64,000 nucleotides of DNA from Heterodontus francisci. Its lineage: Eukaryota. The notes under the pieces were generated by a model. It was not told the DNA's origin. It worked only from the letters and a program-made list of their open reading frames with translations, and searched no databases. The stretch lies in the NCBI RefSeq assembly GCF_036365525.1, contig NC_090375.1, forward strand, positions 199,135,864 to 199,199,863, in the 5' to 3' direction. Positions 1 to 10,877 of the stretch are shown one piece after another. Every line of letters begins with the position of its first letter. Within the stretch, counting starts at the first letter, position 1. A program made the position numbers and the translations under genes.

Positions 1-6
1 TATGAA

Positions 7-60
7 CATGAAGTTGAGTCACACGCGGAATGTTGTGTTAGAGTCATTGCCCTATATATT
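7..60 (+). promoter_or_regulatory. Proximal promoter of TRGV-A1 (AP-1-like TGAGTCA 15-21, GAGTCATTGCC 41-51, TATA-like CTATATAT)
   Basis: Motifs read directly upstream of ATG 106; region conserved in A2 (25595-25655) and A3 (53522-53581). Confidence 0.5.
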
Positions 61-105
61 TTATCCAGATATTAATACAAGTGCCTCACACCTCAGACAG
101 GCAAC

Positions 106-532
106 ATGTTGTTGTGTTGGGTTGTTTTCGTGACATTTTTTCCACGTAAATGGATTTAATCTTTAAGTACATTTCATTTGTTTTCTTCAGACTGTAAAAC
201 TATTTGTAATCTGGTATTTCTTTCCCCACAGATGGACGTTTTGCTCAGCATTTGAAACAGAAACAACTATCAGTGACAGCGGGAACGGGGATACATCCTG
301 CAATTATGTGTGAGCTGGGTGAATCAGTCAGTGCTTCCGTTATCCACTGGTACAAACAGGCAGCGGGACAGCAGCCCGTTCGGATTCTCTACTACGATGG
401 GAATGTTCGTCGGGATAACGGATTCGATCAAAGGTTTTCAGCAGAGAAGACTGCATACAAACAATACGCTCTACGTATTAGCGATGTAAAAGCAGAGGAT
501 GCCGCCACCTATTACTGTGCCTATTGGAAACA
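106..532 (+). CDS. TRGV: T-cell receptor gamma V gene, family A copy 1 (leader exon 106-145, intron 146-231, V exon 232-532)
   Basis: Leader MLLCWVVFVTFFP, C|GTAAAT donor, polypyrimidine-CAG acceptor, phase-1 splice in frame with V domain MCELG...VIHWYKQ...DAATYYCAYWK; followed by 23-RSS. Confidence 0.9.
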
Positions 533-571
533 CACACAGTTAAACAGCAATTCAATCCGCTTACAAAAACC
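533..571 (+). other. Recombination signal sequence (23-RSS) with non-consensus heptamer
   Basis: CACACAG 533-539, 23-nt spacer, ACAAAAACC 563-571. Confidence 0.85.
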
Positions 572-854
572 CTCAACGCTGCAATTCAAACATCACCAAA
601 ACCACATCCGACTCACAACTGAAAACTGCCGAAATCCAACTCCTTCAGTTAAAGGTTTACTCTCTCGCATATCATAAAAATTACACAAAGTAAACAGCTA
701 CCCTCACCGTGCCGTTCATTCCTTTACCTTTAGATCCGACATGGAACATCACAGGAGAAGAGGACACAGACAGTGCAATCGGGTGAAATGTCCTGTTGAT
801 TTTCCCCACAGACGGTAGCCAGGCGGTGCCCAGCACGGCACTGACCCTGTCTGA

Positions 855-952
855 AATAAAAACAAGAAATGCTGGAATCACTCAGCAGGTCTGGCAGCAT
901 CTGTGGAAAGAGAAGCAGAGTTAACGTTTCGGGTCAGTGACCCTTCTTCGGA
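855..952 (-). mobile_element. Isolated Penelope pseudo-LTR fragment (hammerhead-like motif) with 11-bp target-site duplication
   Basis: Flanked by ACCCTGTCTGA at 844-854 and 953-963; orthologous sites in A2 (~26437) and A3 (~54358) are empty. Confidence 0.85.
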
Positions 953-1431
953 ACCCTGTCTGAGTCTTTCTCACCCATCACCCCATTGTTTTCCAGCCGC
1001 AATTGGTTCTCTGGCCCCAAAACAATCGAACTGGAAATCTTGATCTTCATTTCTAAATCCTCCTCTATCCTACCTCTCCAACCTTCCCCACTTTATATCC
1101 CGGGACATGTTATTTGGTCCTCCCACACTGGCCTCTTGTTCCTCACTGCTCCATCATCTTTCAACCACTGAAGTCTACACGTTGGGATTGTTGCTACCTT
1201 TCTTAGAAACTATCTTTTTGACTCTTTACAAATGAAACATAACTGCTTCACTTTTCAGCGGTCTCTGTTCACGCTTCCACTCCTGTCTAACTGTCATTTC
1301 TCCTTTACTAGCACATTGGTGCTACTATAAAATTAAATGCAAGTGATTAAGAATATAGGAACATGAAAAGACCATCCAGCCCCATGTGCTTACTCCACTA
1401 TTCAATTAGATCATGGCTGATCTATATTTCA

Positions 1432-2079
1432 TAGAAACATAAGAGCAGGCGTAGGCCATTCAGCCAATCGAACCAGCTCCGACGTTAAATACGACCATGG
1501 CTGATCATCCACTTCAGTGGCTTTTCCCCACATTATCTCCATATCCCCTTATGTCATTGGTATTTAGAAATCGGTCAATCTCTGCTTTAAACATACTCAA
1601 TGACCGAGCTTCTACAGCCCTCTGGGGTAGAGAATTCCAAAGATTCACAACCCTTTGAGTAAAGAAATTTCTCATCATCTCAGTTCTAAGTGGCTTCCCA
1701 CTTATTTTGAAATTGTGTCATGGATTCTAGACTCCCCAACCAGAGGAAATATCTTATCTGCATCTACCTTGTCTATCCCTTTAAGTATTTTGCAGGTTTC
1801 AGTGAGACCACCTCTCATTCTTTGAAACTTTAGGGAATACAGGCTCTGTTTCCCCAATCTCTCTTCATAGGGCAGTCCCACTATCTGGGGAACAAATATG
1901 GTGAACCTTCGTTGCACTCCCACTATGGCAATAATATCTTTCCTAAGGTAAGGGGAAAAAACTGCAGACAGTACTCCATGTACGGTCTAACTAAGGTTCG
2001 ATACAATAGAAGCAAGACTTTGCTACTCCGGTATTCAAATTATCTTGCAATAAAGGCTAGCATACCATTAGCCTTCCTA
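1432..2079 (-). mobile_element. 5'-truncated CR1 LINE 3' fragment
   Basis: Minus-strand VQRRFT..YEERL..LYSL..RMRGGL typical of the CR1 ORF2 C-terminus; ATTTCA duplicated at 1426-1431 and 2080-2085; empty site in A3 (~54870). Confidence 0.8.
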
Positions 2080-2589
2080 ATTTCAGGTCCATTTACCTGG
2101 CTTTGCTCCATATCCCTTGATATGGTCACCCAACAAAAATCTATCAAACGTGACCTTGAACATTTCAATTGACTTCCAGCATTCACAACCTATTGGGGGA
2201 GAGTTCCAGATTTCCACTAGCCTTTGCGTGATGATCTGCTCCCTGAAATCACACCGAACAGACTAGTTCCAATTGTAAATTACACCCTTCTTCCAAATTC
2301 CTCCCATCAAAGGAAATACTTTCTCTTTATCAAATCCTGTCCTCATTTAAAACACATTGATTAGATCACTCCTCAATCATCTATATTCAAGAGAATACAT
2401 GCCAAGTTTATAAATCTGTCCTCAGAATTTAACCCATCATTCTGATGAATATGCACTGCAACCCTTCCAATTCCAGATATCCATCCTGAAGTACAGTGTC
2501 CAAAACTGAATCCAATACTCCAGATGGGGTTTTGAGCAAGACTGTGTACATAACTTCCTCACTTTTGTATTCTATTTCTTTGACATCTA

Positions 2590-2950
2590 TGGCTCAGTGG
2601 CAACACTATCACCTCTGAGTTGGAAGGTCATGAGTTCAAGTCCCACTCCAGAAACCTGAGCATACAATGTAGACTGATCTTTCTGGTATAGTACTGAGGG
2701 AGTGCTGTAGTGTTGAGGTAGCATCTTCCAAATGAGACATGAAACACGACCCTATCTGCCCTAGCAGGAGAACATAAAGACTCCATGGCACTATTTTGAA
2801 GGGGAGTTATTTCTGGTGTTTTGGCCAATATTTATCCCTGAACCAAAATCATTATCTGGATTATCTCATTGCTGTTTGTGGGGCCATATTATGCACAAAT
2901 TGGCTGCCATGTTTTTCTTTATATTACCACAGTGGCTACACTTCAAAAGT
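2590..2950 (+). mobile_element. tRNA-derived SINE (Deu-domain / SacSINE1-like)
   Basis: A box TGGCTCAGTGG, B box GAGTTCAAGTCC, central GTACTGAGGGAGTGCTG...CCATGGCACTATTTTGAAG core; related copies at 19.9, 39.6, 43.9, 47.4 and 55.4 kb. Confidence 0.65.
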
Positions 2951-4058
2951 CTTTCGTTTTTAACTACAAAGGCCAATATTTGAATATCGTTCTTGATTAC
3001 ACTTTGTTCCTGTTCCCAGCTTTTAGTCACATGAACATCCAGATTCCATTAGGCTTCCACAGTTCCTAGATTCTCACCATTAAGGAAATATTCCAGTTTC
3101 TTTCTCAGACCCCTAGTGAATGACCTGACACTGCCCCATATTGAACTCCATTTGCCAGTTTTTCCTACTCTCTTTATCTGTCCGTGTCCATTAGTAATTT
3201 GCTGCTCCCATCTGCACAACCTACTGTGTCATCAGCAATCTGCGATATACAGCTCCATATTCCTTCATCCACTCATATATATAGTTTAAAAAAAATCTGA
3301 GGCCCCAGTGCAGATCTCTAGTTAAACACCAGTTGTCGATTCTTGTCAATCAGAATACAATACCATCGCAAACCTATCCCCATTCTCAGTCTTCTATCTC
3401 CCAACTAATTACCAACCCATGTTCCCTTGAGCTTTGATTTTTATTAATAATCTCATGCAAATCCTTTTCACATACCTCCTGGAAGTCCATATAGACACCG
3501 TGCATATACATATCCCTGTCCACCATGTTAATGATTTCCTCAAAAAGTCAACTAGAACAGTCAGATGTGACCTACCCCTCACAAATCCTTGCTGATTCTC
3601 TAACCAACTCAGTCATTCTGTCCCTGAAGACAGACTCCAGTAACCTTCCCACAATCTTTGACTGTAGAGAGCTTTGTGCAGTTATGACCAACACTCCTGT
3701 GATTTCCTCACCCATTTCTGTTAACACCCAGGGTGGAAACCACTAGGTCCTGGAGATTTATTTATCTTAAGTTCCATTAATTCCACGATTACAATGTTTC
3801 TTGCCAAGCTCCTCTCCTTGCCTCATTTTTTGGGTTAGCTGGTACCCATTCATTTATTTGCCTATTCTGTGCTCTTCCACTGTGAAAATCGATACAAACG
3901 AGTCTGCCTCTTCCTTATTATCCATTATAGTCTCACCTGCATCTGCCTTTATATGGGTCCACAATTCTGAACTGGCTGCTCCCAGTCTTCATATTGTCCC
4001 CACTCGGGGAAATGAAAAAGTGTGAGTCATTTTGATATATTTTGTATTTTTGTTCTGC

Positions 4059-4888
4059 TGTGAGACGTTTGTTAATATCTCCAGCATTTCTGTTCATAAA
4101 CAAAATGGAGGTAGTTGTGGCATGGACCAGTGTGTAGAGCTCACCGTGTGGTAAAAGCGTGGAGGTGAAGGAGACCGGGATGAAGGGAGAAGATTCCTGA
4201 CCGAAGACATCATTGTTGGGAATCATATTGGACTTTTTCAAAATAAACTACAGCACAACCAAACAAGCATCTCCACACATACACACCTAGACAGACAAGT
4301 CAGGACATACCACTGATGTGGTAGCCTGTGCTGTTACAACATCAAACAGCCTGTCTACAACCACACTCATGGACAATGGCCTTTTGAAACACTATGAATG
4401 GTTTTCCTCTTGCCTTATCAAGGTGCAGATATCTCATCAATGGGTAGTATACATCTAAGAACTCCCCTTGTCGAGAACAGGATATGACCACATGCAGGTG
4501 GTCTTGTATAGCCAGTGTGGGATTGATTAGGCACTGAATCCCAATTGGATGACCCAATTCAAAACGTTGCCTTATATGTCGAGGGGTCAGGGACAGAAAG
4601 GGGTATAAAGCCACAGCTCCCAAGGACATGCAGCCGGGAAATCTGACTGGTCTGTCATAGGAAGTTGTGTGGGAGAAGTAATTCAGTGGTCCTGACCACC
4701 CAGGAACGAGCCTGTACGTGGGTCTACTAAGCAACTGGTGCTGTAAGTATATACTATTGCTTGGTGAGTAAATAAAGGTGTTCCACATAAAGTGGAAATT
4801 GTGCCCAAAGTCTGTTTCGTGCAATTGATATTCAGTATGGAGTCAGGACCTTAGAGGGAAGTGAGACCCCCTGTTTGAGAGTCTTATA
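4059..4888 (+). mobile_element. 5' LTR (~830 bp) of a retrovirus-like element
   Basis: TGTGAGA...TCTTATA termini (TCTTACA in paralogues), TATAAA ~4604, AATAAA 4771-4776; paralogous copy 56715-57546 is followed by a tRNA primer-binding site. Confidence 0.65.
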
Positions 4889-7800
4889 GCTGGGACTAGT
4901 ATCAGGGACCCTGAAAAGTAAAGAAATAAGAATTCAGACTTTGGATGGGCTTGACACAAAATGTGTGGCAGGGAAATTGCCTCTAAAACAGAGGTGGGTA
5001 GAGGTCATCGGGGGGGGGGGGGGGGGGGGGGGGCGGTGGGGGGCGGGGGTGGTGGTGGGTGGTTGTGGACCGGTATATGGGGCTGAACAGTGGACACAGG
5101 AGCCCACTTGTAGGCGACCCTTGGAAACAATAGCTTGGCTCATGGCACATCAACATTAGCATAGGAGTTATGAGGCCAAGACAGTAAAAGCTAGTCAGGA
5201 GCTTGATGAGAGAGATAAGAAGCTAAGTGGATGTGAGACAGTTGTGAAGTAGTTCATAACACAGCTAGAGGAAGAGAAAGAGCTGGAATCCCCAGATGAT
5301 AAGGAGGAATAGGGGTCAGTGGTTTAAAAAGAAAAGTAAAAGCAATTTAAGGAAAACTGAATCAAAACCTCCACTGTAATTTATTTTTCTTGCTTCTGTC
5401 TGAGGTCTGACTTAAGTTTCAAGTTGTCAAGATGAATGTTGTAAGAATGGAGAACTCAAAGGAAGCTTCTATTAATAACGTATGTGTGTGAGTTTTAATG
5501 TGTTCTTTGGCGCTTTGAGTTTATATTTCATTATAGGAATTCATATGGGTGCATGAGGATATGAATGTGTGCATGTGATTATTGGGTGTGCCTCTGTCAA
5601 TTTAATGTTTTGTAAAGTTAAGTTGTGGATCTATTGGTAGCATTTAGTGTTGGGAGTTTATTGTGCTATTATGTCTCCCAGGTAAAAGAAGAGAGCTGCA
5701 GTGAAATGTAAGAAGTCCTAGTTTTCTGTCCATTTAGGAATCTGTGCCTAGAAGCTGCAATGGCATTTGTGTGTAAGCAGGCTTCCTTCTGTTTTAGACG
5801 AAACACCTTAAGGTATTTCTTGGGAATTAACCTTTTGTTTGGAGTTTTAATTACAGGCACTTCAGAAGTTTAAGGAAAGAAGATAAGTAATCTGATTTAT
5901 TTTTCCTTTTGAAAAGCACGTGTCACTTTTCTCTGTGCATGTGTGGAATAAATGGCTCTTTTGTGTGGATGATTTTTTGTGTGCTTCAAGCTTCCGTGTT
6001 TTCTCTTCCTGAAATTGTGGTTGTGTGGTCGTAACTTCAGCACTTTAAGTTTGAAAACTCACAGAGAAATTATGAGATAGATTGGAAGGGAAGTTTAAAT
6101 TAACTGAAGTGGATATTTTAAGTTATGAGACTTGAGGTGGGATTGCTGGCCAGGATCCCAACTCGATTTGGGTTTAGTAACCATGTGGGGATTCTAATCT
6201 GGATATGAATTCACACACGTTAGTATGGGGTGGTTTTCATATTAAACTGTGTAAATTGAAATTTGGGTTGGAGACTTTTTCACAAAAGTTACAAGTTTGT
6301 TTTTGGGAACCATTGGAGTTCTGCCCTGAAATAATTGGGGAAAGGAATTGGTAAAAGTAAGAAAAAAATCTTTCATTGTTCAGAAGGAGACATATTGAAT
6401 TGATCTGTCTAACCTGGAATGCATTTGTTACCTGACTATTTTTAAAATGGAGAGCTTGCAATTTTGGAGTAATTGGAAGAGTGGTTTACAAATACTGAGC
6501 AGAATGGTCGAACATCTGAGGAAGTTGTAGAAAAAAAAAGAGTATGAAAAAGCAACAGTCTAACAGGAAAGATTCAGGTATTTCCTTTGGTTGGCAAAAG
6601 ACCCAGTTTAAGTTAGTCAGAGAACATGGCAATGTTTTGTTATGTTCTTTTTTTTAAAAAAAGGAGGGGTGACAAAGACATCACGAGACAATCTGAGGGC
6701 TTTTGTCCCACCCTCTTTCAAAACAGCAGAGTGTTGACCATTTCTGCTAGCAGATTAAGCTACCCACACACATTTCTAGATATTGGGCATTATAAAAATT
6801 GTAAGTTTTGAGTTTGTTGGATATTAACCCCTTTTGCCACAAGCAGAATGGATCTTTTGTATTTTTTTTCAAGTTACAGGCAGCTACAAATGTAATGGAA
6901 TTTCGAACAGGTTCAAGAATTTCAGGAGATTTGTCACTGTCTTGTGGCAATTGGCAGACTGGGAACAAGAAATTAGAATTTAAAATTACATTCATATATG
7001 TTGGTATTTTTAACATTTAAAGGAAAAACAAAAGGATGTACTCGTATAATTTCAATGTTTTTATGGATAAATAAAAATGTTATAGTTTTATTTGAAAAGA
7101 ATTAAATAAATTGATTTTAATGTAAAGTGATCTGTCGGTGGAGGAACTCATGTTGAAGTGAATGGAATGTCAAGCTGGGCAACACAAATTACAAAGGAAA
7201 AACTAAAAGAGTGGACATGTCCCAAAGCTGCGAGTAATAGAGTCAGGGATACAGAGACTGCTAGACTATGAAAGGGTGGTATTGTTGGCCACACGAGGGG
7301 AAACAACAAGACGTTTTGTCGGAAGCAATTTCCAGCTCAAAGGGTAGGCACCCAGGTGTGCAAGAATATAAATCTGGAACTATGCTCAAGTAGCAGAATG
7401 AACAGAGAGCTGGGCATCTGGGTGAGATTGCCCAGGAAGCTCCTGCCTTTAATTGTACAGATAGTACTGCGAGGTGTCTCGAACAGACCTCAGGCCCAAA
7501 GAATGGTTCAGTTTTGATACCTATTGCGAAAACGTTATATCATGTTGTACATCATAAGGTGGCACTAGTGATGTTGAATCTCACAGAGATTGGGTTGCCC
7601 AGGTGATTTGGGAGAATGAAGAAGATGCCTGTATGCCAAGTTATTGGATAACGTGTTGGTACACGGAGTAAGGACCAGTGGTGATGGATCTGGTCTCTGG
7701 AGACAGGTATATCTCCCATTCATAACAAAAGGGGACAAGCTGCAGGAAGAGTCATATCTACCATCTTTAATACTGGGACCTCACTGGTGTATAGTTGGGA

Positions 7801-8560
7801 TCTGGCATCTCTGGAAGCAGAGATAAGGGATTTCAAGGGAAGACAGAAGGGTATTCGTATGAATGGGAATACCAACCAGCACTCACAGCTGAGGAAAGAT
7901 CAAATTATGACTGTCTATTTAAGGGATATAGCAGATCAACTAGAAGACCAAACTAAAGCTATAAATAAATGCATCCAGGAGGATGGGTACATTTCTGATG
8001 AGGCTGCCTGGGGAATGGTCTGTGAATTAGGTATGGCTCCTGGTTGGTGGAGCAGGCCAGCGACAATCTGAAGCAAATTCACACAGGGGAAGTGCCCTCT
8101 TGGGTCACTAATAATCATCTGGACACGTTGATGAGGGATAGAACAACATCACTGTGTGCCAACGCAGAGGTTTGGTGTGGACACACCCATACAAACAGAT
8201 TGTAAAAGGGACGATCTCAAAATAATCGGTTTGGTGATGTACCTTCTGGTAATGTCACACAGGGAAGCACCGCTCCCGATCTATAGAATTGAGAACATAG
8301 GAGTCATCGAGGGGGATCGTCATTTCGATGGGAATTAGATTCGAAAGGTGCACTGACGGAAAAGCAATGGTGGAATGCCCCTATCGGTTGGAAAATCGTT
8401 CCCAGTCAGCATGTGGATTCAGCCTTACTGAGCTAAACGGTACCATGGAGGCTGCAAGGGTGGCTCTGATGCCTAAGCAGACAGCCTCTGTCAGGGAAGG
8501 GAATACTGTGTAACAACTAAGGGAAAGTGGAACAAGCATGGAAGGAATTTATGGTGCCTG
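4889..8560 (+). mobile_element. Degenerate internal region of the LTR element: possible gag 5' remnant, AT-rich spacer, env-like remnant (~7490-8520)
   Basis: Broken frames give GPKNGSVLIP..LYHVVHHKVALVMLNL, HNKR|GQAAGRVISTIFNTGTSLV, GEVPSWV, PIYRIENIG, C..GKAMVECP..CG; no pol motifs or 3' LTR seen. Confidence 0.5.
5010..5068 (+). repeat. G24 homopolymer plus G-rich tract (G-quadruplex potential)
   Basis: 24 consecutive G at 5010-5033 followed by further G runs; short in the paralogue at ~57658. Confidence 0.8.
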
Positions 8561-8744
8561 ATATCCCAACCTGCCTTCTGTTTTACTCCTGACAGAACCG
8601 AGTGCAGCAAGTTCAGAGGTTAGAGTGAGTGAGGGGAGCATAGAAATTAGCAGAGAAAGCTCAGGGCCGTGCTTGCAGACTGAGCACAGGTATTCCACAA
8701 AGCAATCACCCAATTTGTGTTTTGTCTCCCCAGTGTAGAGGATA

Positions 8745-9930
8745 GTGGATGTGGTGTATATGGATTTTAGCAAGGCGCTTGATAAGGTTCCCCATGGTAG
8801 GCTCATTCAGAAAGTAAGGAGGCATGGGATACAGGGACAGTTGGCTGTCTGGATACAAAATTGGCTGGCCCACAGAAGTCAGAGGGTGGTAGTAGATGGA
8901 AAGTATTCAGCATGGAGCTCGGAGACCAATGGTGTTCCACAAGGATCTGTTCTGGGACCTATGCTCTTTGTGATTTTTATAAATGACTTGGATGAGGAAG
9001 TGGAAGGCTGGGTTAGCAGGTTTGCCGATGACACGAAGGTTGCTGGAGTTGTGGATAGTGTGGAAGACTGTTGTAGGTTGCAACGGGACATTGACAGGAT
9101 GCAGAGCTGGGCTGAGAAGTAGCAGATGGAGTTCAACCTGGAAAAGTGTGAAGTGATTCATTTTGGAAGGTCGAATTTGAATGCGGAATACAGGCTTAAA
9201 GACAGGATTCTTGGTAGTGTGGAGGAACAGAGGGATCTTGGGGTCCATGTCCATAGATCGCTCAAAGTTTCCACCCAAGTTGATAGGGTTGTTAAGAAGG
9301 CATATGGTGTGTTGGCTTTCATTAACAGGGGGATTGAGTTTAAGAGCCACGAGGTTATGCTCCATCTCTATAAGGCCCTGGTTCGACCACACTTGGAATA
9401 TTGTGTTCAGTTCTGGTCGCCTCATTATAGGAAGGATGTGGAAGCTTTAGAGAGGGTGCAAAGGAGATTTACCAGGATGCTGCCTGGACTGGAGGGCATG
9501 TCCTACAAAGAAAGATTGAGGGAGCTAGGGCTTTTCTCATTGAAGTGAAGAAGGATGAGAGGTGACTTGATAAAGGGGTACAAGATGATGAGAGGCATAG
9601 ATAGAGTGGATAGTCAGAGACTTTTTCCCAGGGTGGAAAGGGCTATCACCAGGGGGCATAATTTTAAGGTGATTGGAGGAAGGTTTCGGGGAGATGTCAG
9701 AGGTAGGTTCTTTACACAGAGAGTGGTGGGTGCGAGGAATGCGCTGCCAGCGGTGGTAGTAGAAGCAGATACATTAGGGGCATTTAAGCGACTCTTGGAT
9801 AGGTACATGGATGATAGTAGAATGAAGGGTAGGTAGTTACTTAGATCTTAGAGTAGGTTAAAGGTTCGGCACAACATCGTGGGCTGAAGGGCATGTACTG
9901 TACTGTAATGTTCTATGTTCTATGTTCTAT
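8745..9930 (+). mobile_element. 5'-truncated CR1 LINE (RT C-terminal half, two in-frame stops)
   Basis: [40 protein letters not shown]; 3' (GTTCTAT)n tail; GATA on both sides. Confidence 0.9.
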
Positions 9931-10288
9931 GATACCACATTGTGACAGTGAATACAGTATACTCAGTTGAAAGAAGTACATGTAAATTTCTACTTCACCT
10001 GGAAGGAATGTTTTGGACCTTGGATGGTGAGGAGATAGGAGATGAAAGGACAGGCATTACACCTCTTGCGATTTCATGGGAATGTACCATGGGAAGGAGA
10101 TGAGATGTCGGGGTGATCGAGGAGTGGACCAATGTTTTGTGGAGGGAACGGTCCCTTTGCAGTGCTGACAGGGGAGGGGAGAAAAGATGTGTTAGGTGGT
10201 GGCATCTCACCAGAGGTGGCAGAAATAGCAGAGGATGATCCTTTTAATGTGGGGGTCTGTGGGATGGAAAGTGAGGAAAAGAGGAACC

Positions 10289-10445
10289 CTGAAATAAAAA
10301 CAAAAAATGCTGGAAATACTCAGCAGGTCTCTCCAAATCTGTGGAGAGAGAAGCAGAGTCAACGTTTCAGATTAACTGTGCTTCTCTCTCCACAGATGCT
10401 GCCAGACCTGCTGAGTAATTCCAGCACTTCTTGCTTTTATTTCAG
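10289..10445. repeat. Head-to-head Penelope pLTR pair forming an imperfect palindrome (~75-bp arms)
   Basis: CTGAAATAAAA...GAAGCAGAGTCAA / TTAACTGTGCTTC...TTTTATTTCAG are reverse complements around a ~9-nt centre. Confidence 0.8.
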
Positions 10446-10877
10446 ATTTCCAGCATCTTAGGTATTTTGCTTTGATATAAAAGAGGAGCGCTGTCATGTT
10501 TCTGGGAGGGAGGGGGAGGGGTGAGGGCAGAAGTGCAGGAAATGGGTCAGCTGGAGTATTGCGTCCAGTTCTGGGTGCTGCACTTGAGGAAAGACGTGAG
10601 GGCATTGGAGAGAGTGCAGAAAAGATTCATGAGAATGGTTACAGGGATGAAGAATTTCCCCACAAAATGACAGTTATAACGAGAAGCCATGCAGGTACCC
10701 ATGGCAACATCTTGAATTTGGAGGAAGTGAATGGAGTTGAATGAGAAGTTGTTCAAAGTGAGAACAAGTTCAGGCAGGTGGAGAAGGAGGTAGGGGATGG
10801 GGCCTTGTCAGGCCTCGGTTCAAGGAATAAACCGAGAGCTCACAGAATGTACTGATGAGGAATGGAGGTACAGAGAC

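Noticed and set aside
533-677. C-terminal extensions of the V ORFs (HTQLNSNSIRLQKP..., also 26128-26215, 33409-33529, 54050-54191)
   Set aside because: Read-through of the RSS and flank in unrearranged DNA; removed on V-J joining
740-850. ATG, GT and CCCCACAG downstream of A genes resembling a second leader/intron
   Set aside because: Peptide is not hydrophobic, the intron would be under 30 nt and no Ig domain follows; conservation is explained by recent duplication
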